DNA of 64,000 bases from an uncultured Trueperaceae bacterium (GCA_963799485.1 CAWCXJ010000001.1:192001-256000), one strand, 5' to 3'; counted from the first letter of the stretch, positions 30,564 through 40,820 are shown. Notes: a model not told the origin generated them from the letters alone. Numbers and translations: made by a program.

Positions 30564-31772
30564 ATGAAAGCAGTCGTATTTCACGCTATCGGTGACATCC
30601 GTTTAGACGACGTTCCCGAGCCGACCCTTCAAGACCCCAACGACGCTATCGTGCGGCTGACCGCGAGCGCGATTTGCGGCACCGACCTGCACATGATTCG
30701 CGGGACGTTTACCGGGATGGAAGAGGGACGTATTTTGGGTCACGAGGGTGTCGGTATCGTCGAAGCGGTCGGCGACGACGTACGAAACCTCGGTGTGGGC
30801 GACCGCGTGGTGATTCCTTCGACTGTCGGTTGCGGGTACTGTTCGTACTGCCGCGCCGGGTACTACGCGCAGTGCGACAATGCCAACCCGAACGGTAAAC
30901 GCGCCGGGACGACCTTTTTCGGCGGGCCGGAAGCGGCGGGCGGGCTCGACGGGATGCAAGCGGAAAAGGTGCGCGTCCCCTTTGCCAACGTCGGTTTGGT
31001 CAAGTTGCCGGACAACGTCACCGACGACCAGGCGATTATGATTTCAGACATCTTTCCGACCGGGTATTTTGGCGCTGACTTGGCTGAAATCGAAGCCGGG
31101 GACACAGTGGCAGTCTTTGGCTGTGGCCCGGTCGGGCAGTTTGCCATCCTGAGCGCCAAGCTTATGGGCGCGGGCCGGGTAATCGCCGTCGACCGGCATC
31201 CCAGCAGGTTGGCAGCCGCCAAAGCGCAAGGGGCCGAGGTTGTGAACTTCGACGAGGAAGACCCGGTAGAAACGATTGTGCGGCTTACCGGTGGTATCGG
31301 CGTCGATAGGGTTATCGACGCGGTCGGGGTGGACGCGCAGCACGCCGACCACGGCCCCGCCGCCCCGGAAGCGCAGGCGGAAAAGCAGTTCGACGCCCAG
31401 GTCGAGCAGCTTGCTCCGAAACAAAATCCCGACGGTGACAACTGGATTCCCGGTGACGCGCCTTCACAAGCGCTCGAGTGGGCGGTAGCGTCCGTTGCCA
31501 AGGCCGGAACGGTGTCGATTATCGGGGTTTACCCGCCGACGATGCAAACGTTTCCCATCGGACAGGCGATGAACAAAAACTTGACGCTCAAGATGGGCAA
31601 CTGCAACCACCGCAAGTACATCCCCAAGCTCATCGATCTGGTCGCTTCGGGGGTTGTCGATCCGGCCAAGGTGTTGACCGAAACCGAAAAGGTGCAAGAC
31701 GCTATCTCGGCGTATAAAGCGTTCGACGAGCGGCAACCGGGTTGGCTCAAGGTCGAACTCGAGCCCGCGTAG
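30564..31772 (+). CDS. Zn-dependent alcohol/formaldehyde dehydrogenase family
   Basis: ICGTDLH, GHEGVG, CGYCSYC...C, SDIFPTGY, GCGPVG. Confidence 0.92.
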   Translation: MKAVVFHAIGDIRLDDVPEPTLQDPNDAIVRLTASAICGTDLHMIRGTFTGMEEGRILGHEGVGIVEAVGDDVRNLGVGDRVVIPSTVGCGYCSYCRAGYYAQCDNANPNGKRAGTTFFGGPEAAGGLDGMQAEKVRVPFANVGLVKLPDNVTDDQAIMISDIFPTGYFGADLAEIEAGDTVAVFGCGPVGQFAILSAKLMGAGRVIAVDRHPSRLAAAKAQGAEVVNFDEEDPVETIVRLTGGIGVDRVIDAVGVDAQHADHGPAAPEAQAEKQFDAQVEQLAPKQNPDGDNWIPGDAPSQALEWAVASVAKAGTVSIIGVYPPTMQTFPIGQAMNKNLTLKMGNCNHRKYIPKLIDLVASGVVDPAKVLTETEKVQDAISAYKAFDERQPGWLKVELEPA

Positions 31773-32082
31773 CCTGCTCGGCAACGCGCACAGCTAAAAC
31801 CCAAGCGCGTATCAACCTGCAGCGATTTGACCCTTAGGGTCTGCCGGGCCAAGTGTGCTGTGCTTAATACCCGCGCTCACTATACGCAGCTATGTGAAGC
31901 CTAAAACTTTAGGGTGATAAAAGCCGATTGTCAACAGCTATACCGCACTAAAGGAGCACTGTGAACACCGTAAAAACCGCTGCACGCTTGGATTTGGCCG
32001 GGCTTGGCAAAAGTGCTCCGGCAGAAGTTGAATGTGCGAAGAGGCGTCGGGCACTTACCGCGATCGGCGCGCGGCTGCTATA

Positions 32083-32400
32083 TCAGGACGCGACAGGCGC
32101 TAAAAACTGCCGTCCCCAACGGTCTACGGCGCTGATAACGCCCTCGAGCGCCAACCCCGCTTCGGTCAGGGTGTAGCGGGTACGCGGCGGTATCGTCGAC
32201 TCGACGCGCTTCTCGACGATGCCGGCCGCCTCGAGCCGCTCGAGGCGCTGCGTCAGGGTCGTCGGGTTGCAACCGCCGATATCCCGGCCCAACGCGTTAA
32301 AGCCTTTCGGCCCGGCGAGCAGCGAACGCACGATATGCAGTGTCCACTTCTCCTGCAACAGGTTAATCGACTCGTAAATCGGACAAAAATCGTGGTTCAC
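32083..32400 (-). CDS. HxlR-family winged-helix regulator
   Basis: CPIYESINLLQEKWTLHIV...TLTQRLERLE...PPRTRYTLT. Divergent from wrbA. Confidence 0.92.
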   Translation of the reverse strand: MNHDFCPIYESINLLQEKWTLHIVRSLLAGPKGFNALGRDIGGCNPTTLTQRLERLEAAGIVEKRVESTIPPRTRYTLTEAGLALEGVISAVDRWGRQFLAPVAS

Positions 32401-32587
32401 GCCTACCTCCACCTCTCAGACAGTTTTCGTAGTACTTGTTTCGTAGCCCCTGTTTCGTGATAGCCGAGCGTAACTCTGTAATACAGATCACTTGACAAAA
32501 TATAGCATTGCCCATACGCTTGAACACGTTGTCAGGTGACGCAAGTTAGTTACGAGATGTGTCCAAACGTAAAACCAAGGAGACCTC

Positions 32588-33223
32588 ATGCCTACGAATA
32601 TCCTAATCCCTTTTTACAGCGCCTACGGTCATCTTCATAAAATGGCGCACGCCGTCGCGGAAGGTGCGGCGAGTGTTCCCGATACTGAGGTCAAGGTCAG
32701 GCGCATCCCTGAACTCGAGTCCGCGCGGCAGGCGATGTCCAGCCAAGACGCCTACGTTCAGGCGCAAAAAGAGATCGCCGAACACGGCGAAGTGACGCAC
32801 GACGACCTCCGCTGGGCCGACGGCATCATCTGGGGCACGCCGACGCGTTACGGCAACATGACCGCGCAGATGAAGCAGTTTATCGATACGACCGGCAGCC
32901 TCTGGGCCAACGGTGAGCTGACGGACAAGGCGACGGGTATCTTCGTCGGCTCGGCGACGACCGGCGGCGGTCAGGAAACGACGGTGCTGACCAGCATGAT
33001 TCCGATGCTGCACCAGGGGATGATTTTGGTCGGCTCGCCCTACAGCCAGAACGAAGAGCTGTTTACAACCGAGGGGCGTGGCGGCTCGCCCTACGGCCCC
33101 GGTACACTCGCAGGCGGGGACGGCTCGCGGCAACCCGCCGAAAACGAACTCAGCATGGCGCGCAAGCTCGGCGTCCGCGTCGCCAAAGTCGCGGCGGGCG
33201 TTAAAGGAATGCGCGCGTCCTAA
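32588..33223 (+). CDS. wrbA: NAD(P)H:quinone oxidoreductase WrbA
   Basis: YSAYGH, GTPTRYGNM, GGGQETT, GGSPYG. Confidence 0.93.
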   Translation: MPTNILIPFYSAYGHLHKMAHAVAEGAASVPDTEVKVRRIPELESARQAMSSQDAYVQAQKEIAEHGEVTHDDLRWADGIIWGTPTRYGNMTAQMKQFIDTTGSLWANGELTDKATGIFVGSATTGGGQETTVLTSMIPMLHQGMILVGSPYSQNEELFTTEGRGGSPYGPGTLAGGDGSRQPAENELSMARKLGVRVAKVAAGVKGMRAS

Positions 33224-33432
33224 AACGCCCGGTAACGCTGAACCAGGCGCGGCGCAACTCACCGCGCTTTATCTTTGCCCGCAGGCACCGTAAACTAGGA
33301 CGTTGAGCTGTAGTGCTGGCGCGGTGTCGGCAAAGCCGCGCCGTCACAGCCATAGTCGCAGTCAAAGTTGTAGTCAAAACCGTAGTTTTGGAGCCCCCGT
33401 GCTCCGTTATCTTTAGCTTTAAGGGAGCTGCT

Positions 33433-33831
33433 GTGGTTCAAACCAAACGTGTCCGTGCACCTGAAATTCCTTTCACCCGCTTTTTGATCTTGCTTTTTAC
33501 GCTTTTGGTCGCAGCAGCATTTTACTACGCGTTCGGCGGGCCGGTTCCCTACACTATCTATTTCGATGGACCTACCGGTGCAGCTTTCGAAGGGCAGTAC
33601 GCAGCCGTTGCCGATACGACCCGGGAGCTACCGGAAAACGCCGCAACGTTTCGCGCGACCTACCCGAACACCGTAACGCTCTGGGAACCACGCTGGCGTG
33701 GCGTCGTGGCAACCTCGAGTAACGGCGGTGCCAACGCGCTGTATACGATCTCGGTGCGCCGCGCCTGGGTGATCTGCAGCAAGGCGTACCGCTGGGGTAC
33801 CGATCTAACTGTGGTTTGCGACCCCAAATAA
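33433..33831 (+). CDS. Hypothetical membrane-anchored protein
   Basis: GGGAG SD, one TM, beta-rich domain with a C-terminal Cys pair. Confidence 0.55.
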   Translation: MVQTKRVRAPEIPFTRFLILLFTLLVAAAFYYAFGGPVPYTIYFDGPTGAAFEGQYAAVADTTRELPENAATFRATYPNTVTLWEPRWRGVVATSSNGGANALYTISVRRAWVICSKAYRWGTDLTVVCDPK

Positions 33832-33843
33832 CTATAGGTTACG

Positions 33844-35040
33844 TCAGGTTACGCGGCCCGCATGGGCCACGGTTTTGTAGTCGCCTACAGCCAAAAGCTC
33901 ACGCAGTACCCGCACGGTTTCGTCGAGCTCGGCCTCGGTGTTGTAGAGCGCGACAGGGGCGAGCCGCAGCAGGTTGGGCGCGCGGTAATCGGGAGTGATG
34001 CGGCGTTCCCGCAGGGCGAGGCTCAAGTTTTGCGCGTGCGGGTGTTCCAAAACGATATGCCCCCCTCGTTTCGACGGGTCTCTCGGCGTTCGCAGCGTAA
34101 ATTCGGGCAGTTGCGCGTCAACGAGACCGACGAGATAGTCGGTCAGTTCTAGAGACCGCGCCCGCACCGCCTCGATACTTACCTCTTCAAATACGCCTAA
34201 AGCACCCTCGAGCCCTGCGAGCGCAATTACACTCGGCGTCCCGATCTGATACGCGCCTGCGCCACATGCCTTGCGAAACCCCGGTGACATTTCAAACTGC
34301 GTGGCTTTATCGTGCCCCCACCACCCCGGCAGCCCCGGCGTGCGGTCAAAGTGCCGTTCGTGAACGAACAACCCACCCGGCGCGCCCGGCCCGGCGTTTA
34401 GATACTTGTACGAACACCACACCGCGAAATCTACCTGTGCGTCGTGAAACGTATGCGGCAACGCCCCGATAGAATGCGCCGCGTCCCAACCGATAAGTGT
34501 GCCCGCTGCGTGCGCCTGCGCCGTAATGCTCTTAACGCCTAAAAGTTGCCCGCTTCGGTAGAGCACCGTCGGCAGAACGGCGAGCGCGATGTCCGGCGTC
34601 AAGGCGTCCCGAACGTCGTCGTCGTGGAGCGTGTGCCCGTCTCTCGAGGGGATGAGTTTGAGCTCGCCGCCCTGCCGCTCGGCCCACGCCGAGAGCGCGT
34701 AGAGGTCGCTGGGAAAGTCGAGGCTGGTCGCCAGCAGGTTGCGGCGTTCGCCTTCAGGCGCATAAAACGTCGCGAGAAGCGCGTGCAGATTGCTCGTAAT
34801 GCTGCCCGTGGCGATGACCTCTGCGGGTTTGGCCCCGACGAGCCGGGCGAGCGCCGGGGCGAGGCGCTCAGCGAGTTCAAACCATTCGTCCCAACCGTTG
34901 ACCGCCAGATGTTGCCACTGCTTGAGGCGGCGCTCAGTCGCGGCCTGCGCCCCGTAAGAGAGCGGCCCGAGCGAGTTGCCGTCGAGATAGATGCCGCGCG
35001 GCAGTAAAAAGGCGTCCCGTAAAAACACGTCTCGTTTCAC
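33844..35040 (-). CDS. kynU: Kynureninase
   Basis: YLDGNSLG, WDAAHSIG, WCSYKYLNAGPG, GWWGH. Confidence 0.95.
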   Translation of the reverse strand: MKRDVFLRDAFLLPRGIYLDGNSLGPLSYGAQAATERRLKQWQHLAVNGWDEWFELAERLAPALARLVGAKPAEVIATGSITSNLHALLATFYAPEGERRNLLATSLDFPSDLYALSAWAERQGGELKLIPSRDGHTLHDDDVRDALTPDIALAVLPTVLYRSGQLLGVKSITAQAHAAGTLIGWDAAHSIGALPHTFHDAQVDFAVWCSYKYLNAGPGAPGGLFVHERHFDRTPGLPGWWGHDKATQFEMSPGFRKACGAGAYQIGTPSVIALAGLEGALGVFEEVSIEAVRARSLELTDYLVGLVDAQLPEFTLRTPRDPSKRGGHIVLEHPHAQNLSLALRERRITPDYRAPNLLRLAPVALYNTEAELDETVRVLRELLAVGDYKTVAHAGRVT

Positions 35041-35636
35041 CGGAGAATCGCCCTTACGGGAGAGGCGTCGGCGTCGGGGAGGTTGAGCGGCAAGCAGATG
35101 AGTTCATACGTGCCCTCCGGAACATTGTGTAAGTTGAGACCCTCGAGGATCAGCACGCCCCGTTCCAGACAAGCCATGTGTGCGGGTAGGTCTTTACTTG
35201 TCAGGGCGTCGACGCTCGGCGCGTCGGTTCCGACAAGCTTTACACCCCGGTCGGCGAGGGCGTGGATGAGGTCGGGTGTAAGCGGGGTAAAGGCTTCGGG
35301 AAAAACGTCCCAGTGGGCGCGCTCGCCGGTATACAAAAGCACGCGTTCGGGCAGGCTCGAGAACGGGCCGATAAGCTCTTTTGAAACGCCGCGACGCGCG
35401 CCTATGACCTGCGCGGGGCCGATCAGGGTTTCTAGCGCGACGCTCCCCAACTTTCCTCCGTCCCGGCTGTAGTGGAACGGCGCGTCGAGGTGGGTACCGC
35501 AGTGCGTCGAGGTCGTTATCTTCATGACGTTTACCGCAGAACCCTCTTGTATGTCGGCAGTTAGCTTTACGGTCAGGGGGGTATCACCGGGCCAGTTGGG
35601 ATGTCCTGGGGTAAGGGCTCGAGTAATATCAAACAT
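35037..35636 (-). CDS. kynB: Arylformamidase (cyclase family)
   Basis: HCGTHLDAPFH, GTDAPSVD, ILEGL, DASPVRAIL. Coupled to kynU. Confidence 0.88.
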   Translation of the reverse strand: MFDITRALTPGHPNWPGDTPLTVKLTADIQEGSAVNVMKITTSTHCGTHLDAPFHYSRDGGKLGSVALETLIGPAQVIGARRGVSKELIGPFSSLPERVLLYTGERAHWDVFPEAFTPLTPDLIHALADRGVKLVGTDAPSVDALTSKDLPAHMACLERGVLILEGLNLHNVPEGTYELICLPLNLPDADASPVRAILR

Positions 35637-35771
35637 GGACTACTTTACCTGACGCTACAGGTCATTAGGTACCGGCGCAGAAACAAGCTAAAGTGTCGAG
35701 ATCAGTACCCTGGACAGCTTTAAGGACTAGAGTCGTTCCCCAATAGTCTGCGAAGCTGCCAGACTGAGAAG

Positions 35772-35983
35772 ATGCTGGCGAAGATACGAGATGAACGGCT
35801 CAGCGCGCTGACAGGACTTACACAGGAGAAGTTCACTGCGCTAACGGAGGGGTTTGCTGAGACGTACGAAACCGAGAAGGCGCAAGTGCACGAGCCGGGA
35901 GGCAAACAGCGAAGACCAGGCGCAGGACGGAAAGGGAAGCTGCCGAGTGCTGAGGCGAAGCTACTATTTTTGCTTTACTATTC
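35772..35983 (+). pseudogene. Truncated IS5/ISL2-like transposase N-terminus
   Basis: ALTGLTQEKFTAL...GAGRKGKLPSAEAKLLFLLYY, ending where the IS200 element begins. Confidence 0.7.
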
Positions 35984-36546
35984 CAAGCGTAAGGTTCAAG
36001 CCACCGCCTTTAGGCGGTCAGATTTCATCTGCCAGCCTTAGGGGATGGAGTATCGCTGTGGGAGTCACACGGTTTTCAACATCGAGTACCATTTTGTCTG
36101 GGTGACGAAGTACCGCTACAAGGTACTCAAGGGTGACGCTGCCGAGCGAGTGCGAGAACTGGTACGGCAAACCTGCGAGGCGTTCGAGATACGGATACTG
36201 AGTGGGGTAGTCAGTAGCGAGCATGTACACATCTTGGTAAGCGCTCCGCCGACGCTGGCCCCAAGCGAGATCATGCGGCGAATCGAGGGACGAAGTGCGA
36301 GCAAGCTGTTCGAGGAGTTTCCAAAGCTGAAAGGGCGATATTGGGGCAGACACTTCCGGGCGAGGGGATACTTTTATGCGACCGTCGGGCAGGTAACGGA
36401 GGAGATGATCAAGAGCTACTTGGAACACCACTTGGAACCGACTCGGGACGACAACTTCAAGACGGAGGACTAACGGGTCTACGACCCGTATCCCGACTTT
36501 CAGGCGTCGTCTCAAACCCTCCGACTTTAGTCGGTGTGTTGTTTAG
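35984..36546 (+). mobile_element. IS200/IS605-family element, tnpA only
   Basis: Subterminal hairpins ACCGCCTTTAGGCGGT (left) and CCGACTTTAGTCGG (right) around a Y1 transposase. Ends approximate. Confidence 0.85.
36045..36473 (+). CDS. tnpA: Y1 HUH transposase
   Basis: YHFVWVTKYRYKVL, EHVHIL, IKSYLEHH. Confidence 0.93.
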   Translation: MEYRCGSHTVFNIEYHFVWVTKYRYKVLKGDAAERVRELVRQTCEAFEIRILSGVVSSEHVHILVSAPPTLAPSEIMRRIEGRSASKLFEEFPKLKGRYWGRHFRARGYFYATVGQVTEEMIKSYLEHHLEPTRDDNFKTED

Positions 36547-36625
36547 CGACATTGCCGGACTGCAAGCTGCTCCCGGCGTAAAAAAATCGCTTTGGGTGGT
36601 CTGATTCGGGGCTTTTTAGAAGACG

Positions 36626-37312
36626 TCAGCTGCTCAAAAAGTCTCGGTGGTCAAACCCCAACAGCTCAGCTAGACGCGTAACCGTTACGTCGGCTGCCGG
36701 ATACGGCTCGGTCTCTTCGAGGTCGAAAGCGTAATGACCCTGACGTACAAAAACGGTCGTAAGGCGTTCGCCCCATACATTTTTTACGGCGCTTAACAGC
36801 CGGAGTTTGTCGTCGACCATGACGTAATGTGTAGCAGGATAGAGGCGTTCGACCTCGGCAAGTTCTTTTTCTTTGTGGATATAAATCAGTACCTCGCCGT
36901 TTACGGCGTCGTAAAGCCCCGAACGCCTGATTTTATGCGGTTGAAAGACTACATCACCATCCGACAAGATGACCGCTCGGCCCAATGCTTGCAAGTGCGT
37001 GACGACCTCGAGCGCCCCCGGATAGAGCCGTTCACGAAACGGGTAATCGATTAAAAACTCGGAGACGCTCATGAGGCACTGAGTATGCGAATGCTCGAGC
37101 CGGTAGCGTTGCAGCGTCTCCAAATAGTCGGCGTAGCCGAGTTCTCGGCGCAGGTCTGCAAACAGCTCGAAGTAGCGCTCGCGGGCGGCGGGGCCGAGTT
37201 CAGCCTCCAAGTTGGCCCGGAGGTCGGCGGTTACCCGGTCGTTCTCGAGCAGTGTATTATCTACATCGAGCAAAAAGACGGTGCTTTCGGGTCGGGTGTT
37301 TATAGCAGTCAT
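36626..37312 (-). CDS. HAD-superfamily hydrolase
   Basis: FLLDVDNTL, ILSDGD, HK, MVDDK. Confidence 0.88.
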   Translation of the reverse strand: MTAINTRPESTVFLLDVDNTLLENDRVTADLRANLEAELGPAARERYFELFADLRRELGYADYLETLQRYRLEHSHTQCLMSVSEFLIDYPFRERLYPGALEVVTHLQALGRAVILSDGDVVFQPHKIRRSGLYDAVNGEVLIYIHKEKELAEVERLYPATHYVMVDDKLRLLSAVKNVWGERLTTVFVRQGHYAFDLEETEPYPAADVTVTRLAELLGFDHRDFLSS

Positions 37313-37380
37313 CCTAAACGCAGTTTAAGGTATTTCGGTGCAGCCTCGCTCGTAGCTGCGCCGTAAAACAACCAGAGGCC

Positions 37381-37432
37381 AACGAACCACAGACTGACGA
37401 ACCACAGACCAACGAACCACAGACCGACGAAC
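37381..37432 (+). repeat. 15-bp tandem repeat (about 3.5 copies)
   Basis: AACGAACCACAGACT GACGAACCACAGACC AACGAACCACAGACC GACGAAC. Confidence 0.9.
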
Positions 37433-37514
37433 AAAGCGAGCACTACAAGCTTCAAACCCACGTCTGGAATCTTACCTTTTGCCTGCTGACAGACCCGTTT
37501 CCAGGCAAGTTCCG

Positions 37515-37553
37515 TTCACACCCCGTTCACATTCTCTCCCCCCGTCCTTCACA
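37515..37553 (+). promoter_or_regulatory. Putative response-regulator direct repeats
   Basis: TTCACA at 37515, 37526 and 37548 (11- and 22-bp spacing), upstream of a TAAGCT -10-like box. Confidence 0.55.
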
Positions 37554-37617
37554 GGGGCCGCCCTAAGCTTTATCTAGCACTGAACAGGGTCAACCTGACA
37601 GGCAGAAGGGGAGAAAA

Positions 37618-38106
37618 ATGGAACACATGGGTATGGGTTTCGGACTCGGGTTTTTGAACCTGATCGGTACGGTTCTCTTTTGGGTCGTGCTCATCTGGAC
37701 GATTCGGTTTTTCGTCCGGGGTGGGTTTAGAGGGGGGCGTTTTGACCGGAGCCGTTTTGACAGGTGGCGGGGCGATATGAAGCGCTCTGATTGCGGACGC
37801 AGGGGGGGCCGGGGAACCTCAGACGAAGCCGACAAGCTGATCCGCGAACGGCTCGCCAAAGGTGAAATTGGTGAAGACGAGTATACGCGGCTCAAGGCGA
37901 AGCTCGGCGACGCTAACAGTTCCGGGGAGAACGGTTCCTCGCGCACCGCAGAAGATGGCCCACGCAGAAATGGCGGTCGTCCCGAAGGTGGCCCGCTGAG
38001 CTGGCTAAGGGGTGACAACGCCCTCGAGACCGCCCGTCTCCGCCTCGCTAAAGGTGAGATCACCCCGGATGAGTTCGAGACGATTCGCCGGGTGCTGACC
38101 AGCTAA
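37618..38106 (+). CDS. Membrane protein with two SHOCT domains
   Basis: One TM, RERLAKGEIGEDEY and RLRLAKGEITPDEF. Confidence 0.88.
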   Translation: MEHMGMGFGLGFLNLIGTVLFWVVLIWTIRFFVRGGFRGGRFDRSRFDRWRGDMKRSDCGRRGGRGTSDEADKLIRERLAKGEIGEDEYTRLKAKLGDANSSGENGSSRTAEDGPRRNGGRPEGGPLSWLRGDNALETARLRLAKGEITPDEFETIRRVLTS

Positions 38107-38116
38107 AATGGTCTCG

Positions 38117-38153
38117 TACAAAAAAGAGGCAGCTAGACTGCCTCTTTTTTGTA
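38117..38153. terminator. Bidirectional intrinsic terminator
   Basis: TACAAAAAAGAGGCAG-ctaga-CTGCCTCTTTTTTGTA. Confidence 0.85.
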
Positions 38154-38175
38154 TCGTAAGGGCAAGTTGGAGGGT

Positions 38176-38838
38176 ATGAAAACAATTCTGATTGTCGAAG
38201 ACGAAACGCGGCTCGCCGAGATTTTAGGCGAGTACCTAAAGCGTGAAGGGTTTCGTACCGAACGGGCCAAAGACGGGCAGCGGGCGTTGGAGCTGTGGCG
38301 GGCCGCGCGCCCCGACCTGATTTTGCTCGATCTGATGCTGCCGCTGCTAGACGGGCTCGAGGTCGCGCGGCGTGTCCGGGCCGAATCGGAGGTACCGATT
38401 ATCATGCTTACTGCCCGTGATGAAGAGGTCGATAAACTCGTCGGCCTGGGCCTCGGCGCAGACGATTACGTCGTTAAGCCCTACAGCCCGCGCGAGGTCG
38501 TCGCCCGCGTCAAGGCTGTTTTACGGCGTGCAAACGGTTTAACGCAAACGGGGCCGGTCACAGTAGGGGCTTTGGAGGTCGACCTCAGCACCTACCTGAC
38601 CCGCTGCCACGGGGAAGAGATTACGCTGACGCCGAGCGAAGTACGGCTTTTAGCCCACCTCGCCAAAGAACCGGGGGTTGTCCGGAGTCGCACCGAACTT
38701 TTGGGCGTCACCGGTGACGACGCTTTTGCCGACCTCCGCAGTGTAGACGCGCACGTAAAAAATATCCGGCGTAAACTCGGTGCTTGTGGAGAGCAGCTCG
38801 AGACCGTGCGCGGCGTCGGCTACAGGTTGCGTTCCTAA
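38176..38838 (+). CDS. OmpR-family response regulator
   Basis: ILIVEDE, LDLMLP, GADDYVVKP, VDAHVKNIRRKL. Confidence 0.95.
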   Translation: MKTILIVEDETRLAEILGEYLKREGFRTERAKDGQRALELWRAARPDLILLDLMLPLLDGLEVARRVRAESEVPIIMLTARDEEVDKLVGLGLGADDYVVKPYSPREVVARVKAVLRRANGLTQTGPVTVGALEVDLSTYLTRCHGEEITLTPSEVRLLAHLAKEPGVVRSRTELLGVTGDDAFADLRSVDAHVKNIRRKLGACGEQLETVRGVGYRLRS

Positions 38839-40092
38839 ATGTCCAAGTGGCGGCGTGGACGGCACTACGGGCCACCGCCGTGGGTACACCGGGTACCTGG
38901 CCCGCCGCCGGACGGTTGGCAACGCCACCGCAAAGGTCATCACAGGCGCTGGGGGCTCCGCCGCCGCCTGACCTTTGCGTTTGCTTTCGTCGCGCTGATG
39001 GCGGTCAGTCTGACGACCTTTTTAACATTGGGCGCAGTGTTCGGCGCGCAACGCGAACTGTTCGCCGGGAGCGCTCCCGGCGACGCTGCACCGACGGGGG
39101 GCTGGCACACCTGGGGTGATTGGGGCGGTGATTTCGCGCCGGCGCGGGCGGCATTTATGCAGATTACCCGGACGGCGTTTTTTGCCGGACTCTTGTCGTT
39201 TCTCCTGGCCTCGGCGACGGCGGCGCTCCTGACCCGCGCCCTGACGCGGCCCCTGTCGGCGCTGACCGACGGGGCGCGGCGGCTCGGCGCAGGGGAGCGT
39301 GGTTTACAGCTCCGCGTGCCCCGTTCGCGTGACGAACTTCGGACGCTGACCGAAGCCTTTAATAACCTCGTGACCGGGTTGGAGCGCCAAGAGGCGTGGC
39401 GGCGCAACCTCGTTGCCGATATCGCGCACGACCTGCGCACGCCACTGTCGATTTTGCGGAGCGAGTTGGAGGGGTTGCAAGACGGCGTGATTACGCTTGA
39501 CGACGCGGCCTTGGACCGCCTCCACGCCGAGGTGTTGACGCTTTCGACCTTGGTGAGCGGCCTGCGCGAACTCTCACTTGCCGAAGGGGGCGGCTTACCG
39601 CTCAAACGCGAGAAGATTTTGCTGGGGACCTTTCTGGAGGATTTCACGGAAAGCTTTCAGACGCGAGCTGCTGAAGTGGGTGTGACACTCACGTTAGCAC
39701 GCCTTTCGCCCAAGCTGACGGCGACCTTCGACCCCGACCAGCTCGAGCGTGTCCTCGGCAATCTGCTGAGCAACGCGCTAAACTATGCGTCGCCGGGTGC
39801 GGTCGTCCTCGGGGCAACGCGGACGGCTACCGGGGTGCGGCTCTCTGTTCGTGACCACGGGCCGGGGGTACCGGACGACCCGGAAAGGCTCTTTGAACGT
39901 TTTTATCGGGGGGACAGCTCGAGAACCCGCACGGCAGGCGGTGAAAAAGGGTCAGGGCTGGGGTTATCGATTGCCAGGGCGATTGTGCAGGCGCACGGCG
40001 GCACCCTGAGCGCGGCAAACCATCCGGGTGGCGGCGCGGTCTTTACCCTCGTGTTGCCCGACAAAGGGCTTTCGACAGCTGACGAAGAATAA
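38839..40092 (+). CDS. Sensor histidine kinase (BaeS-like)
   Basis: HAMP, AHDLRTPL, NLLSNA, DHGPG, GSGLGL. Confidence 0.95.
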   Translation: MSKWRRGRHYGPPPWVHRVPGPPPDGWQRHRKGHHRRWGLRRRLTFAFAFVALMAVSLTTFLTLGAVFGAQRELFAGSAPGDAAPTGGWHTWGDWGGDFAPARAAFMQITRTAFFAGLLSFLLASATAALLTRALTRPLSALTDGARRLGAGERGLQLRVPRSRDELRTLTEAFNNLVTGLERQEAWRRNLVADIAHDLRTPLSILRSELEGLQDGVITLDDAALDRLHAEVLTLSTLVSGLRELSLAEGGGLPLKREKILLGTFLEDFTESFQTRAAEVGVTLTLARLSPKLTATFDPDQLERVLGNLLSNALNYASPGAVVLGATRTATGVRLSVRDHGPGVPDDPERLFERFYRGDSSRTRTAGGEKGSGLGLSIARAIVQAHGGTLSAANHPGGGAVFTLVLPDKGLSTADEE

Positions 40093-40326
40093 AGCTTTGT
40101 GTTTTGCCGTGTCCCGACGCGAACGGGACGCTGCTCCCATGATAATTTGATACCCGGCAACCGGGTTATCTTCTCGGTCTCTGCGGGAGACATGGCCGAC
40201 GGCGCGCAGCAATCCTTCGGGCGCGCCGGGCAGGGTTCGGTCAAGCTGCCGAAGAGAACCTCTAGACTTTGCGCCAGCTTGCTATTTCGCTCCCCGCCTC
40301 GAGCTACCCTCACGTGAGGTGAAATT

Positions 40327-40539
40327 ATGGCTATCGTCAAGGTGATTGAAGTGTTGGCGCAGTCTGACAAGAGTTTCGATGACGCCGTAAAAGTCGCTTG
40401 CGCCGAAGTAACCAAAACAACGCGTGGGGTACAGAGTATTTATGTCAAAGAGATGCAGGCGGTGGTCGAAAACGATCAGATAGTCAAGTACCGCGTCAAC
40501 GCCAAAGTCTCGTTCGTCGTCGAGGAAGAGTCTCGGTAA
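40327..40539 (+). CDS. Dodecin family protein
   Basis: KVIEVLAQSDKSFDDAV...YRVNAKVSF. GAGG SD. Confidence 0.9.
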   Translation: MAIVKVIEVLAQSDKSFDDAVKVACAEVTKTTRGVQSIYVKEMQAVVENDQIVKYRVNAKVSFVVEEESR

Positions 40540-40820
40540 GCTTTTTGAAACTACGTTTACACGGTCGATTTTAGGGCGTAGTTCTCAGGTGGATTCCGCT
40601 GATTTCGCGAGTCCCGCGCCGTAAAATCTCTGCCGCACGCGAATTGCCGGTGCTTGCAAAACTGTAAAACGTCGACGCCTGCTCCGTTTCTCGTGAGGCC
40701 GAACATACCTGCTCAACCGCAAAGGTCGGGACGGCTCGAGCCCCGCCAAAGTGCGTGTGCGCTGCTGCACCCGTGCCGACGTAGCTGCGCCGAAAGCGCA
40801 GCCGTGTGCTACAAAAGGGT

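Noticed and set aside
31961..32176. 71-aa ORF with an AAAGGAG SD
   Set aside because: It overlaps the HxlR gene antisense and has no recognisable motif. Not supportable.
36474..36625. TnpB/omegaRNA system
   Set aside because: The right-end hairpin follows tnpA directly and there is no tnpB ORF.
37381..37432. Possible CRISPR array
   Set aside because: Contiguous 15-bp tandem units with no unique spacers, and no cas genes.
40095..40326. FMN riboswitch upstream of dodecin
   Set aside because: Only scattered similarity (GGGCAGGGT). The conserved AAATTCCCGACCG and CCGACAG...GGATG blocks are missing.
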